Source: a virus
Taxonomy: Duplodnaviria > Heunggongvirae > Uroviricota > Caudoviricetes
Strand: one strand, 5' to 3'
DNA length: 64,000 nucleotides
IMG/VR virus record: IMGVR_UViG_3300029935_000001
Coordinates: 73,867-137,866 of that record
Under the pieces are notes generated by a model. The model did no database searches, was not told the DNA's origin, and saw only the letters and a list, made by a program, of their open reading frames with translations. Shown piece by piece: positions 39,624 through 51,500 of this stretch. Position 1 is the first letter of the stretch; each line of letters begins with the position of its first letter. A program made the translations under genes and the position numbers.

Positions 39624-41264
39624 ATGTTAAACAGAGTTGACGGCGAGATGTTAAAAGCAAATTTACTCCGACGAGGAGTAAATCTTGCTGTTGACGGAAA
39701 CTTGCTTTATTTAGACGTCCAGTCGCGGCGTGTTGGGATTAACACAGTAGTGCCCACTCATTCTCTCACCGTCGAGGGCAACGCCCGCGTAGGCAATGTT
39801 TCGATTGACGGGAACGCCGTACTGAGTTCCGGGAATTTAGTGTTAGCGCCCGACGAGAATGTAATAGTAGAAACAGCGTTCCCGCATTGTGTTGCGTTTT
39901 ACGGGCCTAACAAAGAGCTATCTTTTTCGACAGCGTTAAATTTCGATGGAACCACGCTTGCGGTTTCTGAAGCGATCTCAGTAGCTGATATTTCATTGAG
40001 TGCTGGGTCGATTCTCGGTAACAACAACTTAAACATAGGTACAACCACTGGGAATGTCAATATTTTCCCAGGGCCTGGCGGAAGTGTTAATGTTAGCGGG
40101 CTTTCGCTTAGTGGCTTAGTGCCTAATAGGTTTTTGGTCACCGATTCGGCTGGTAATTTAACAACAGATCCGCGGGTTTTGTATAACGTTGGTGGGTCTG
40201 TGTTGTCGATTACAGAGCAAGCGCAAATTGGCTCTTTAACGTTTAACGCAACTACAATATCGTCGCCGTCGTCACTTAGTGTTGATTCAAGCACTATCCA
40301 GTTAAACGGAGCGGTATATGTTGCAGGCCGCCAACCAACTGAGTTGTTGTTTACTGGTGCCGCTGGCGAAATAACGAGTGACTCGTTATTAACCTTTAAT
40401 ACTGGGGTGTTGGCAGTTGATGCCACTCGGCTTTCCAGTGGGCTTATTAACACACTAACTGGTGATCTACACCTCGGCGCCGCCGGCGATCTGATCGCTG
40501 AAAAAACAATTAAAATAGCCGCAACCTCGCAACAACCTCTAATAGAAATAGCAGTGCCAGACTCTGGCAGTATCAGCCGAGTAGCCACCGGAACTTCGTT
40601 GCGAGTGGTAGCCGGCACTACAGAAACGGTTGGGCGGCCAGGGCGACTTGTATTTGATGCAGGCGGGTACACCGACTCGGTGTGGGATGAAGCTTTAGCG
40701 GTATACACCGACGGTCGAGTGTATGTCGGATCTTTGGCTGTTGCAGGCGACGTCGAAACCAGTGGAATAAGATTGTCTGGATCTCAGATTATATCTACGG
40801 TGCCAGACACAAACTTAGACATTATCACAACTGGTAGTGGATTAGTTAATATCCACGGTTCCGGCGGTGTTGTCTTGCCAAGCGGCAGCACAGCATCGCG
40901 CCCAAGTGCGCCGTTGTTGGGGACCACTCGATACAATTTGGAAAAACTGGTAGTCGAGATGTGGGACGGCACGCGATGGGCCGAAATAGGACCGAACTAT
41001 GTAGAGCCACGATCGCAAAGCTTCAACGGTGATGGGTCAAGTTTGTTATTTGTTTTAGATTACGATGCCACTCCGTTGACTATTTTAGTCAGCATTAACG
41101 GCATTGTCCAACAACCGTTTTCGGCTTACTCGATTATGGGAGATTCTATCCTATTTGCCAGTGCACCTGAAGTCACCGACGTTGTTGAAATTAGATATCT
41201 AACCGGCGCAGTTTCGCTTACTGTTGCGCTCGCTGATCCAACAGTCGACTCTGGAGAATTCTAA
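39624..41264 (+). CDS. Fibre-like structural protein (546 aa from ATG 39624)
   Basis: RVGINT, beta-rich repeats, LPSGSTASRP..GTTRYN, LVSINGIVQQP; ends VDSGEF. Confidence 0.7.
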   Translation: MLNRVDGEMLKANLLRRGVNLAVDGNLLYLDVQSRRVGINTVVPTHSLTVEGNARVGNVSIDGNAVLSSGNLVLAPDENVIVETAFPHCVAFYGPNKELSFSTALNFDGTTLAVSEAISVADISLSAGSILGNNNLNIGTTTGNVNIFPGPGGSVNVSGLSLSGLVPNRFLVTDSAGNLTTDPRVLYNVGGSVLSITEQAQIGSLTFNATTISSPSSLSVDSSTIQLNGAVYVAGRQPTELLFTGAAGEITSDSLLTFNTGVLAVDATRLSSGLINTLTGDLHLGAAGDLIAEKTIKIAATSQQPLIEIAVPDSGSISRVATGTSLRVVAGTTETVGRPGRLVFDAGGYTDSVWDEALAVYTDGRVYVGSLAVAGDVETSGIRLSGSQIISTVPDTNLDIITTGSGLVNIHGSGGVVLPSGSTASRPSAPLLGTTRYNLEKLVVEMWDGTRWAEIGPNYVEPRSQSFNGDGSSLLFVLDYDATPLTILVSINGIVQQPFSAYSIMGDSILFASAPEVTDVVEIRYLTGAVSLTVALADPTVDSGEF

Positions 41265-41337
41265 GACCAAAATAATTGCTCCGCGGGCTTGATTTACCAA
41301 ATTTCGGTAAATATCAATATAACAAGGAGCAATCATA

Positions 41338-44300
41338 ATGGCAATCACGCGCATTAAAAACAACCAGATCACAGATGCAACAATTAACGCTTCTACAAAG
41401 TTAGTTGATCACACTGTAACTGGTTTAAAGTTAGCCGATTCGTTAGTTTACGATTCGGATTTAACTGTAACCGGTAACCTCGTAGTTCAAGGGGTTACTA
41501 CAACCATCGATACTACTAACACTACAATCGAAGATCCGATTATGGTGCTTGGTGCACAAGGCACAGTCGGCGTAGACATCGGCTTTGTTGGTGTCCGTTC
41601 TGCAGGTGACAACATTGCGTTAGTGTGGGATGAGTCCGCTGGCGAGTTTAAAGCAGTATTCACTGACTCCGACGGCTCTGATTCGACCATCGACGAAAGT
41701 GCAGCTGGGTATGCAAACATTCGCGTAGCCACTTTAACTGCTGAAGCAATTTCCGGGAATCTTGCGCTAACTGGCCAGACTGAAAACGCAGTGGTATTTA
41801 CTGATGCCAGCGGCCGGGTTACAACCAGCGAAGATTTTACCTTTACTGCCGGCGCACTCGATCTAACAGGTTCGCTTAAAGTTGACAACGTTACTATCAA
41901 CGGTGGCACAGTGTCTGCCAATGCGCCACTGATAATTTCAGTGTCGGGTAGCGATTCGATATCAATACAGCCAGACACTGGCTCGACTGTTGTAAAGAAT
42001 CTTCAAGTCGACGGTCATGTTGCTAACTCAGTGGTAGTAACCAACAGTTCAGGGCATTCAGTAACTTCGGCTAACCTAACGTTTAACGGCACTTCGTTAG
42101 CGCTGGTTGGTGACGCCACCGTGTCGGAGTCGGCTTCGATCGCTGATATTGTTATCAGCGAAGGCTTAGTTGCTGCTGATGCTAACTTGGCTGTCACTGC
42201 AGTCGGCAACCTTGTACTGGACCCGACAGCTAATGTTATTGTTGACACTGCTACTGCAGGTCGAGTGTTTTACTCGGGCACCAATAAAGAGCTGATTGGT
42301 TCTGCTAACTTTGCTTTTGATGGCGCTAACGCAGTTATCACCGGTTCGGCAACTGTTGACAATGTTACCATCGACGGCGATTCGATCGAGTCGGCTGGCT
42401 CGCTTACTATATCTGCAGCTGAAGATCAAGATGTAACTATTGCTGTTGCTGGAAACGGTGTTGTAAATGTTGCAGATTTGGTCTTCGACGGTACCACAGT
42501 CACTACTACGGTTGTTGACGGATCGATCATCCTCGATCCAAATGGCAACGGTGTTGTGAGTGTTTCGGGCGCAGTGATTCAAAATGTTGGCACACCTGTT
42601 ACTGGCACTGATGCTGTAAACAAAAACTACGTAGATCAACAAGTTGGCGATCAGTCGGCGATCGGCGCTGACGACTCGGGCATTGCTGTCAACGACGACG
42701 GTGTAGCTCCTGGCGAAGTAGTTATTACTGTTGATAATGTTGCTGTAGTAACCACTACGCTTGCTAACACAGTGTTTGCCCATCCAGTCACCGCCGACGA
42801 CGTAACAATCACTGGCGCTACAGTAAATGCTGATGCCGGTAACTTGGTGCTCAGCTCTACCGCTGGCACAGTTAATGTCGCTGGCGCTACACAATACGAA
42901 GTGTTTGTTGCTGGTGCCAGCGGCGCGCTCGAAGGCTCGTCGGACTTTACCTACAACGGAGCAAACCTTGCTGTAACTGGTAATGTAGCAGCCACCGGTC
43001 AAGTATCGGCTGCATCGTTGGTAGTTGATAACGTTACCGTTGACGGCGACACAATCACTGGCGCCGCTTCGACTACAATCGCAGCAACTGGCAACATTGT
43101 GCTTGATCCAACTGCCAATGTCATTGTTGATACTGCCACTGCCACTCAGATCTTCTATGCCGGCGCAAACCGAGAGCTTGTTGGCTCTGCTAACTTTGTG
43201 TATGATGGCAACGGAGTAATTCTCGGCGGCGATCTTACCGTAACAGGCGACGTTGGTGTAACCGGTTCGCTTACTGTAGACAACGTTACTATCGACGGCT
43301 CAACCATCTCTTCAGACGGCTCGTTAACTCTTGCTTCTGGTAACGACGGCAATATCAACCTCACTCCAAACGGAAACGGTGTTGTAAATGTAGCTAACCT
43401 TCAAGTTGCTGGACAAACTCCATACCGTGTGGTATTCACTGATGTCGACGGCCTGATGGTAACCGACGGTAACCTACAGTTCGACGGTGATGATTTCACA
43501 GTCACTGGCTCGCTCACTGTAGATAACGTAGTGCTTAACGGCTCAACCATTAACACCACTGGCACCAACACCCAGCTTCGCATCGATCCAAACGGCACTG
43601 GTGACTTTTATGTTGACCGTAATGTAACTGTTTCGGGTAACTTGTCGGTTCTCGGCACCACTACTACTGTAGATTCGACTGTAGTGCGCATCCAAGATCC
43701 AATCATCGAGCTTGGCCGCGGCGCCAACGGTGCTCCGCTTACTGCCAACGACGGTAAGGACCGTGGCGTTCGCATGTGGTATTACGACGTTACTGCAAAC
43801 GAAGAACAATCAGCCTGGATGGGTTACGATCACCCAACTGAAGAGTTCCGTTACTTTAACGACGCAGTAATCACTGACGAAGAAGTAACCGGCGTACTCG
43901 GTACCATCAACGTTGGTAAAGTTATTGTTGATACAATCGAACTTAACGATTCGTCAATCACCGCATCTGGTCAACTTCAGATTATCTCTGGCCTCGACAC
44001 AGACTTAACACTAACTGCAACTGGCGCCGGTAAAGTATTAATTCCAAGTGGCGATCAGCTTCGTGTTGCCGACTTAGGCGAAAACCGTGTAGTGTTCACC
44101 ACAACCGGCGGCGAATTGATCACCGACGCAGACCTTACTTTCGACGGTGCTAACTTAGCGCTTGTTGGTAAGCTCACTGTAGACAATGTTACTATCGACG
44201 GCACTACTGTTTCGTCTGACGCTGCGCTTAACCTTACTTCTGCTGCAGGCGAAGACATCAACATTACCCCAGGCGCAGGCGGTGTAACCAACATTGCTGG

Positions 44301-46461
44301 CCTAACAGTTGGTGGCGTAACAGCAAACCGCGTAGTCGTTTCCGACGGCGCCGGCGGCCTGACCAGCGACGATGACTTCACTTATAACTCTGCAACTAAC
44401 GCACTGGTACTAACTGGTTCAGCAACTGTAGACAATGTTACCATCGACGGCAACAGTGTAACTGCCGCAGGTAACCTTGAAGCCGCAGGCCTAAATATTG
44501 TTCTGAACCCAACCGAAGATGTAGTTGTGTCGAACGCAACAGCATCTCACGTGTTTTATGCAGGCGCTGCAAAAGAACTTGTTGGCTCGGGCAACTTTAC
44601 GTTTGATGGTGCCAACTTAGCAGTGACTGGTTCTGCAGCAATTGATAATGTGCGAATCGACAGTAACGCAGTGTCGTCTGTTGAAGCACTTAATATCACC
44701 AGTGGCGCTAACGGCAATATCAACATTACTCCCAATGGAACTGGCGTAGTAAATATTTCGAACCTAAATATTGCTGGGTTTGATGCTGATCGTGTGGTAG
44801 TAACCAATGCGCAAGGTGCGTTAGTTGAAGTAGATACCTTTACGTTCGACACCGCTACTTCAGCATTAACGCTTGATGGTTCTGCAACTTTCGACAATGT
44901 CACAATCGACGGCGATTCGATAACTGGCGCAGCCACTACATCGATTGTAACTGCAACAGGCAATCTGGTGCTTGACCCAGCAGCCAATGTTGTTGTTGAC
45001 GTTGCTGCAGTCGCTGCCGGTCAACTATTTGTTGCAGGCGCTGCAAAAGAACTACAAACTGCAGCCAACTTGGCGTTTAACGGTACTACATTAACTGTAA
45101 CCGGTAATGCTACAGTAACCGGCACACTCACTGCTGGTGCTGCGGCGATTGATAATGTTGTAATTGATGGTGATGCTATCACCAGTTCCGAAGGGCTGGC
45201 AATCAATGCCGAAGATGACATCGTTATCGAATCTGCAAACGGTGCAGTTATTATCAACGATCTGGTATTAGCTGGTATGGCCGGCAACAGTTTCGTAGTA
45301 ACTGACGCAAACGGTGTATTGCAAACGGTTGCAGCACTTCAGTTCGACGGCGCCAACGTTGCAATAACAGCGTCAGCGACTGTAACAGGCGATCTTACTG
45401 TAGATAACGTTACTATCAACGGTAATGTTGTAAGCTCCGCAAGCGACCTCGACCTCCAGGCTGGTAACATCAACCTAAACGCATCCACTGGTGTATTTGT
45501 AAGCACTGCTACCGCGCAAGAAGTGTTTTACGCAGGCGCAAATGGCGAGCTAATTGGATCGGCCAACCTTACGTACGATGGCACCGAGCTTCGTGTTGCA
45601 GGCGACGCTGAAGTCACTGGCACTTCTGTGTTAGGCAATGTTACTGTTGCAGGCGACGACATTACAACAGCAGGCACTATGCTAACTGTAAATGCTGCCG
45701 GCGCAGACATTGACTTCCGCGTGTCAAGCGACACCAAAGCAAGTGCGTTGTTTGTCGATGGTGCAACAGGTTCTGTGGTATTAGGAAGCAGCACACCAAC
45801 TGCTAACGTGTCGTTTAAGGTTGACGCAACTGACGCAATGATGGTGCCAGTAGGCTTAACATCCGAGCGTCCAAGTGTGCCAGTGGCCGGTATGGTGCGT
45901 TTTAACACCAACCTCGGCGACCTTGAGCTTTACGACGGCGATTCGTGGAACAGTACCAGTGCTGAATTTACCCTAATCGCTTCCGAAGTGTTCAACGGTG
46001 ACGGGTCGACGACTACGTTTACACTAAGCAGCACCCAAACCACTGCCAGTTGTATTGTTAGCATCAACGGTGTAATCCAGTTCCCAACACTGGCTTACGC
46101 AGTTGCTGGTACCTCGTTAAGCTTTACCGAAGCCCCGCTAAGCGGCGACGTAATTGAAGTTCGTAAGCTAACTACCACAAAGTCGTTTGCGCTCGAAGTA
46201 GTTAACACTTCTGAGACTGCGCGTGTTATTGCTTCCGAATCAGCAGCACAAATTGACGTTACTGGCAACTTAGTTCCGACTGCTAACGAAGAGTTTGACT
46301 TAGGATCCGCAAGCTTCCGTTGGCGCGATCTTTACCTGTCAGGCAACACCATTGACTTGGGCGGCGTAAGGTTGAAGAACGATAGTGGAGTATTCCGTAT
46401 TCTCGACAGCAACAACAATCCAGTGTCCAGCGACATTGATGTTGACGCAGGCGAGTATTAA
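41338..46461 (+). CDS. Very long repetitive fibre protein (1707 aa)
   Basis: Many copies of (R)V(V/F)..G.L....FTFDG..L...G..TVDNVTIDG; ends VDAGEY; TAAATA at 41308. Confidence 0.8.
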   Translation: MAITRIKNNQITDATINASTKLVDHTVTGLKLADSLVYDSDLTVTGNLVVQGVTTTIDTTNTTIEDPIMVLGAQGTVGVDIGFVGVRSAGDNIALVWDESAGEFKAVFTDSDGSDSTIDESAAGYANIRVATLTAEAISGNLALTGQTENAVVFTDASGRVTTSEDFTFTAGALDLTGSLKVDNVTINGGTVSANAPLIISVSGSDSISIQPDTGSTVVKNLQVDGHVANSVVVTNSSGHSVTSANLTFNGTSLALVGDATVSESASIADIVISEGLVAADANLAVTAVGNLVLDPTANVIVDTATAGRVFYSGTNKELIGSANFAFDGANAVITGSATVDNVTIDGDSIESAGSLTISAAEDQDVTIAVAGNGVVNVADLVFDGTTVTTTVVDGSIILDPNGNGVVSVSGAVIQNVGTPVTGTDAVNKNYVDQQVGDQSAIGADDSGIAVNDDGVAPGEVVITVDNVAVVTTTLANTVFAHPVTADDVTITGATVNADAGNLVLSSTAGTVNVAGATQYEVFVAGASGALEGSSDFTYNGANLAVTGNVAATGQVSAASLVVDNVTVDGDTITGAASTTIAATGNIVLDPTANVIVDTATATQIFYAGANRELVGSANFVYDGNGVILGGDLTVTGDVGVTGSLTVDNVTIDGSTISSDGSLTLASGNDGNINLTPNGNGVVNVANLQVAGQTPYRVVFTDVDGLMVTDGNLQFDGDDFTVTGSLTVDNVVLNGSTINTTGTNTQLRIDPNGTGDFYVDRNVTVSGNLSVLGTTTTVDSTVVRIQDPIIELGRGANGAPLTANDGKDRGVRMWYYDVTANEEQSAWMGYDHPTEEFRYFNDAVITDEEVTGVLGTINVGKVIVDTIELNDSSITASGQLQIISGLDTDLTLTATGAGKVLIPSGDQLRVADLGENRVVFTTTGGELITDADLTFDGANLALVGKLTVDNVTIDGTTVSSDAALNLTSAAGEDINITPGAGGVTNIAGLTVGGVTANRVVVSDGAGGLTSDDDFTYNSATNALVLTGSATVDNVTIDGNSVTAAGNLEAAGLNIVLNPTEDVVVSNATASHVFYAGAAKELVGSGNFTFDGANLAVTGSAAIDNVRIDSNAVSSVEALNITSGANGNINITPNGTGVVNISNLNIAGFDADRVVVTNAQGALVEVDTFTFDTATSALTLDGSATFDNVTIDGDSITGAATTSIVTATGNLVLDPAANVVVDVAAVAAGQLFVAGAAKELQTAANLAFNGTTLTVTGNATVTGTLTAGAAAIDNVVIDGDAITSSEGLAINAEDDIVIESANGAVIINDLVLAGMAGNSFVVTDANGVLQTVAALQFDGANVAITASATVTGDLTVDNVTINGNVVSSASDLDLQAGNINLNASTGVFVSTATAQEVFYAGANGELIGSANLTYDGTELRVAGDAEVTGTSVLGNVTVAGDDITTAGTMLTVNAAGADIDFRVSSDTKASALFVDGATGSVVLGSSTPTANVSFKVDATDAMMVPVGLTSERPSVPVAGMVRFNTNLGDLELYDGDSWNSTSAEFTLIASEVFNGDGSTTTFTLSSTQTTASCIVSINGVIQFPTLAYAVAGTSLSFTEAPLSGDVIEVRKLTTTKSFALEVVNTSETARVIASESAAQIDVTGNLVPTANEEFDLGSASFRWRDLYLSGNTIDLGGVRLKNDSGVFRILDSNNNPVSSDIDVDAGEY

Positions 46462-46524
46462 TTTTTAGGTAAATAGAGCTGTGCGACACTGTCGCACAGC
46501 TCTATTATCGCACGGAATCTCACA

Positions 46525-48432
46525 ATGACAAATAAAATCTTACACAAACGCAGTTTAGTTCCGAACCGTATTCCGACTTTAGCTGATATAGGCTACGGCG
46601 AACTGGCGATGAACTCGCACGACGTTAAGCTGTTTATTAGAAACGCATCAAATCAGATTGTTACAGTCAACTCGTGGGAAAGTATTCACAACAAGCCAGT
46701 GGGTTTAGCCGCTGGCTCGACGGCTAATACGCCAAATACAGTAGCTTTACGTGATAGTAATGGAGATTTCTCTGCTGGAACAATCACAGCAAACTTAGCT
46801 GGCAATGCGCTCACAGCTACTTCGTTATTAACACCAAGGTCTATTGCTGGTAAGACATTCGACGGCACGCAAGACGTAACTCTTAGTAGCTTGTCCGCCG
46901 GCGATTATTTAGTAGGTGGACCATTCAATGGCAGTGCGACGGTATCTTGGTCCGTAAACGCGTCTGCTTCAACCGCAGCTAATACCATAGTGGCCCGCGA
47001 CGTGTCCGGGAATTTTGCTGCTAACACGATTACTGCTTCGCTGGTTGGCAACTCCAGCACCAGCACTACTTTACAAACTGCTCGCACTATTCAAGCAACA
47101 GGTGATGCAACCTGGCAAGTTGAGTTCGACGGAAGTGCTAACGCATCAGCGACACTAACCTTGTCAAACTCAGGGGTTGCAGCAGGCACCTACGCTAAAG
47201 TTACAGTTGATTCGAAAGGGCGAGTCACAACGGGTAGCAATTTGTTGGCTGTGGATATTCCGGACATAACAGCAGCAAAGGTTACTGATTTCCACCAAGC
47301 AGTGCGCACGTCTGGCTTAGACCAAATGGCCGCTCCGGTATCAAACGTATCGCTTAATAGCCGGCGTGTTGTAAACTTAGCTGAACCAATAGACTCGCAA
47401 GACGCTGCAACCAAGAACTATGTTGACATGGCTGTGCAGGGCCTCGATCCAAAGCAGTCGGTTCGGGTAGCGACTACAGGAAATATTACACTAAGCGGAC
47501 TTCAGACAATCGACGGTGTTATGATCGCCGACGGCGATCGTGTTTTAGTAAAAGATCAACTTACGCTGGCTCAAAACGGTGTGTATGTAGTGTCGTCGAG
47601 TTCCTGGACACGCGCCGAAGATGTTAACACTTGGGAAGAGTTAGTTTCAGCTTTCTTGTTTGTCGAAGAAGGATCTCAAAACGCTGACAACGGATATCTT
47701 TGTACGGTAAATGCCGGCGGAACCTTAGGGTCCGATCCAGTGGTGTTTGTTCAGTTCTCAGGCGCCGGGCAAATTCAAGCCGGACACGGCTTAACTAAGA
47801 CAGGTAACACGCTCGACGTCTTAGTAGGCAACGGTATTGGAATTGAGTCTGATACAGTTCAACTGTCAGGACAGGCATTAGCTTTACACAACTTGGCTAC
47901 CAATGGTATTATTGTACGCAGCGGCACAGCTACAGTAATCGCTCGAACAATCGCAGCCGGAACCACAGGCATTTCGGTTACCGACGGCAATGCAGTGTCG
48001 GGTAATCCAACTATTAGTTTGTCTTCGTCGCTTAGCACCATTGGGGCGTTAACCCCTGCAGCTAATAATATTGCGTATTACAATGGTGGCAGTACAGCAG
48101 CGCTCACTTCGCTCACGGCATATGGCCGGTCTATTATTGCAACCGCCGATGCTGCTGCTGCTCGGACTACATTGGCCCTGGGCTCGATTGCTACGCAAAA
48201 TGCAAACTCAGTGGCAATCACCGGCGGATCGCTTAGCGGCGTGTCTGGTAGTTCCTTAACATTGACTAATAGCACCTTTACAAACGGCTCGATGAATGGA
48301 ACAACGCTCACTGGAGTAACGGTTTCTGCGAGTACATTGCAAAACAACGCTATAAGTGATGGCACAATGAGTAACGTAGCAGTAACCGGCGGCACGATAG
48401 ATATGGTCGTTATCGACGGCGGCAGTTATTAA
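46525..48432 (+). CDS. Tail fibre protein
   Basis: KRS..GELA N-domain, RDSNGDFSAGTITA repeats, YAKVTVDSKGRVT, DAATKNYVD, GDRVLVKDQ...NGVY; ends IDGGSY. Confidence 0.8.
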   Translation: MTNKILHKRSLVPNRIPTLADIGYGELAMNSHDVKLFIRNASNQIVTVNSWESIHNKPVGLAAGSTANTPNTVALRDSNGDFSAGTITANLAGNALTATSLLTPRSIAGKTFDGTQDVTLSSLSAGDYLVGGPFNGSATVSWSVNASASTAANTIVARDVSGNFAANTITASLVGNSSTSTTLQTARTIQATGDATWQVEFDGSANASATLTLSNSGVAAGTYAKVTVDSKGRVTTGSNLLAVDIPDITAAKVTDFHQAVRTSGLDQMAAPVSNVSLNSRRVVNLAEPIDSQDAATKNYVDMAVQGLDPKQSVRVATTGNITLSGLQTIDGVMIADGDRVLVKDQLTLAQNGVYVVSSSSWTRAEDVNTWEELVSAFLFVEEGSQNADNGYLCTVNAGGTLGSDPVVFVQFSGAGQIQAGHGLTKTGNTLDVLVGNGIGIESDTVQLSGQALALHNLATNGIIVRSGTATVIARTIAAGTTGISVTDGNAVSGNPTISLSSSLSTIGALTPAANNIAYYNGGSTAALTSLTAYGRSIIATADAAAARTTLALGSIATQNANSVAITGGSLSGVSGSSLTLTNSTFTNGSMNGTTLTGVTVSASTLQNNAISDGTMSNVAVTGGTIDMVVIDGGSY

Positions 48433-48500
48433 CAAGTAAATAATTAACCCAGGCTGTTATTACGGCCTCAGATTTAACCAAGCCTTATTAGGAGAATTTA

Positions 48501-51500
48501 ATGGCTAATAGAATTGTTCACAAACGTAGCTCAGTCACTGGAAAGGTGCCAACTGTTGGCGACCTCGAATACGGGGAGTTAGCAGTAAATACCGCCGATT
48601 TAAAAGTATATCTTAAAGATTCGGCGAATACAGTCAGATCGTTAACTGACTGGGAAAATATTCATAACAAGCCTGCCGGTCTTGCGTCGGCAGCAACAGC
48701 TAATACTGCCAACACCTTAGTTTTACGTGACGGGTCGGGTAACTTTTCCGCCGGCTCGATCACTGCGTCGTTGCTTGGTAATGCCACTACTGCAACAGCG
48801 TTAGAGACTGCCCGCACTATTGCTGGCAAGACGTTCAACGGCACACAAGACGTTACTCTAAGCACTTTAACCCGTGGCACATACTTAACAGGTTCAAATT
48901 ACAACGGCAGCGCCAATCAAACGTGGGCCGTTGATGCTACATCAGCAAATACAGCTTCAAAAGTAGTAGCCCGTGACGCTTCTGGTAACTTCTCAGCTGG
49001 TATGATCACTGCTGACTTAACCGGAGCAGTTACTGGCAATGCTTCATCGGCAAGCAAATGGACAACACCTCGTAACATTACATTAACCGGCGACTCCACA
49101 GGAACCGTTAACATCGACGGCACTGCTGATGTATCGTTTGCAACTACATTAGCGACTACTGGTGTTACTGCTGGTACTTATACCAAGGTTACGGTCGACG
49201 CTAAAGGTCGCGTCACAGTTGGATCGACATTAGCTGCCAGCGACATCCCAAACCTCGACGCTGCAAAAATCGCATCCGGCACCTTGGCCAATGCTCGCAC
49301 CACTGGTACTTCTGCCAGCACAGCAAATACATTGGTACTGCGTGACACTTCGGGCAACTTTTCCGCTAACACCATTACCGCTAACCTGTCGGGTAATGTA
49401 ACTGGTTCAGTAACTGGCAATGTTTCGGGGAACGCCGGCACTGCTACTGCCCTTCAAACCGCGCGCACTATTGCGGGACAAACGTTCGACGGCACACAAG
49501 ATGTTATTCTAAGCACTTTAACCCGTGGCACATACTTAACAGGTTCAAATTACAACGGCGCAAATGCAACCACCTGGGCCGTTGATGCTACATCAGCAAA
49601 TACAGCTTCAAAAGTAGTAGCCCGTGACGCTTCTGGTAACTTCTCAGCTGGTACAATTACTGCCAACCTAACTGGAGCAGTCACCGGGTCAGCATCCAAC
49701 AACGTGCTAAAAGCTGGTGATACAATGACCGGCTTCCTAACGCTCCACGCTAATCCAACCGCCGCACTACACGCTGTCACAAAGCAATACGTCGACAACT
49801 TAGAGCAAGGTTTAAAAGCAAAGCCTGCGGCCAAAGCCGCGACTACTACCAACTTAGTTGGCACATATAATAATGGAACTGCTGGCACTGGTGCTACCTT
49901 AAATCTCGGCACGGCTGCTACATTGACTATCGGCGGCGTGTCAGCATGGGCGCTCAACGACGGGGTATTAGTAAAAGATCAAACCAATGCTGCGCACAAC
50001 GGTCGTTATTACGTTTCTCAGGTCGGTAGCGCATCAGTAGCTTGGATTCTAACCCGTTGTGGGCTTTGCGACAACGCAAACGAAATTCCAGGCGCCTATA
50101 CTTTCATCACCGACGGCACGTACAAGGGCACTGGTTGGGTTCAAACAGTAGCCAACTCAGCAACGTTTGTAGTTGGCACCGACGCAATCACGGTAGCTCA
50201 GTTTACAGGCGCTGGTGACTATACCGCCGGGAACGGCATTACGGTTAACGGTACTGAAATTTCAATTACCCCCACCGGGGTGTCGGCAGGAACCTACCCT
50301 AAGGTCACAGTTGACACAACCGGGCGAGTCACTGCAGGCGCTTCGTTGGTAGCTGCGGATATTCCAAACCTCGACGCAGCAAAAATCACCACCGGCACCT
50401 TAGCTAACGCAAGAACCAGCGGTGTGTCTACTAACACTGCTAACACCTTAGTTTTACGTGACGGGTCGGGTAACTTTTCGGCTGGTACAATTACTGCTAA
50501 CCTAACTGGAGCAGTCACCGGTAATGCTTCTACAGCAACTACTTTAGCCACTACTCGGACTATCTGGGGTCAAAACTTCAATGGCGGAGCCAACGTTACT
50601 GGTAACCTAACATCAGTGGGTAACATCACTGGTTCCGGGGCTATAACGATTGCTGCCGGCGGAACAGATCAAAGTATTACAATTACACCATCTGGTACCG
50701 GCACAGTCAATGCTCCAACGTTCAACGCTACTTCAACCACTGGCGGCGGATTCCAAGGCATTGCCGCCGACACTGCTGCTGCTCCGAGCTTTACCTGGAC
50801 CGGCGATTTAGACACTGGTATTTTCCAACCTGGCGCTGATATTATCGGATTCACCGCCGGCGGCGCCGAGCGCGGCCGAATCAACACCACTGGTTTCTCG
50901 GGCAACGGCTCGCAGCTATCGAGTTTAAATGCATCGAACTTAGCGTCGGGCACAGTAGCAGACGCTCGCCTGTCGGGCACTTACTCGGGCATTACCTTAA
51001 AGGTAGATGGCTCAAACACTGTATATACAACGCCAAGCCCGGGTTCGTCGGACATTTCTGCACGCACCGTATACGGCCTGGCTGAATATCGTAGCGTGAG
51101 CTCAGCCCAAGTTGGCGCGATTGTATTCATAGCCCCTAACACAACCAGCACAGTAATGCACCAGCTCGAAGTTGCAGGGTTGTTGTATAACCAAAACATC
51201 GTAAGCATGCAGGTTCAAGGTTATCGCACCACCGGCGCATGGTCGGATTTACGCAAAGTAAGCACCGGCACCGTTGATGTCCAAACACGCTGGGGTGTTA
51301 CACCCGACGGCAAGAACTGCTTAATCTTAGGCGATGTTGGGACATCGTGGTCGTACCCGCACTTGTCAATAGTTCGGGCTATGTTCTCGCACAACGTTAA
51401 CGACGCATATTGCACCGGCTGGACTACAGCAGTAGTAACAGACTTGTCTGCTTACACCAACGTATCGGCGAACATCAGTGACTCGGCTATGGTCGGCAGC

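Noticed and set aside
48813-49653. DGR template/variable repeat pair
   Set aside because: No reverse transcriptase in the window, both copies lie inside one CDS, and the differences are not adenine-specific.
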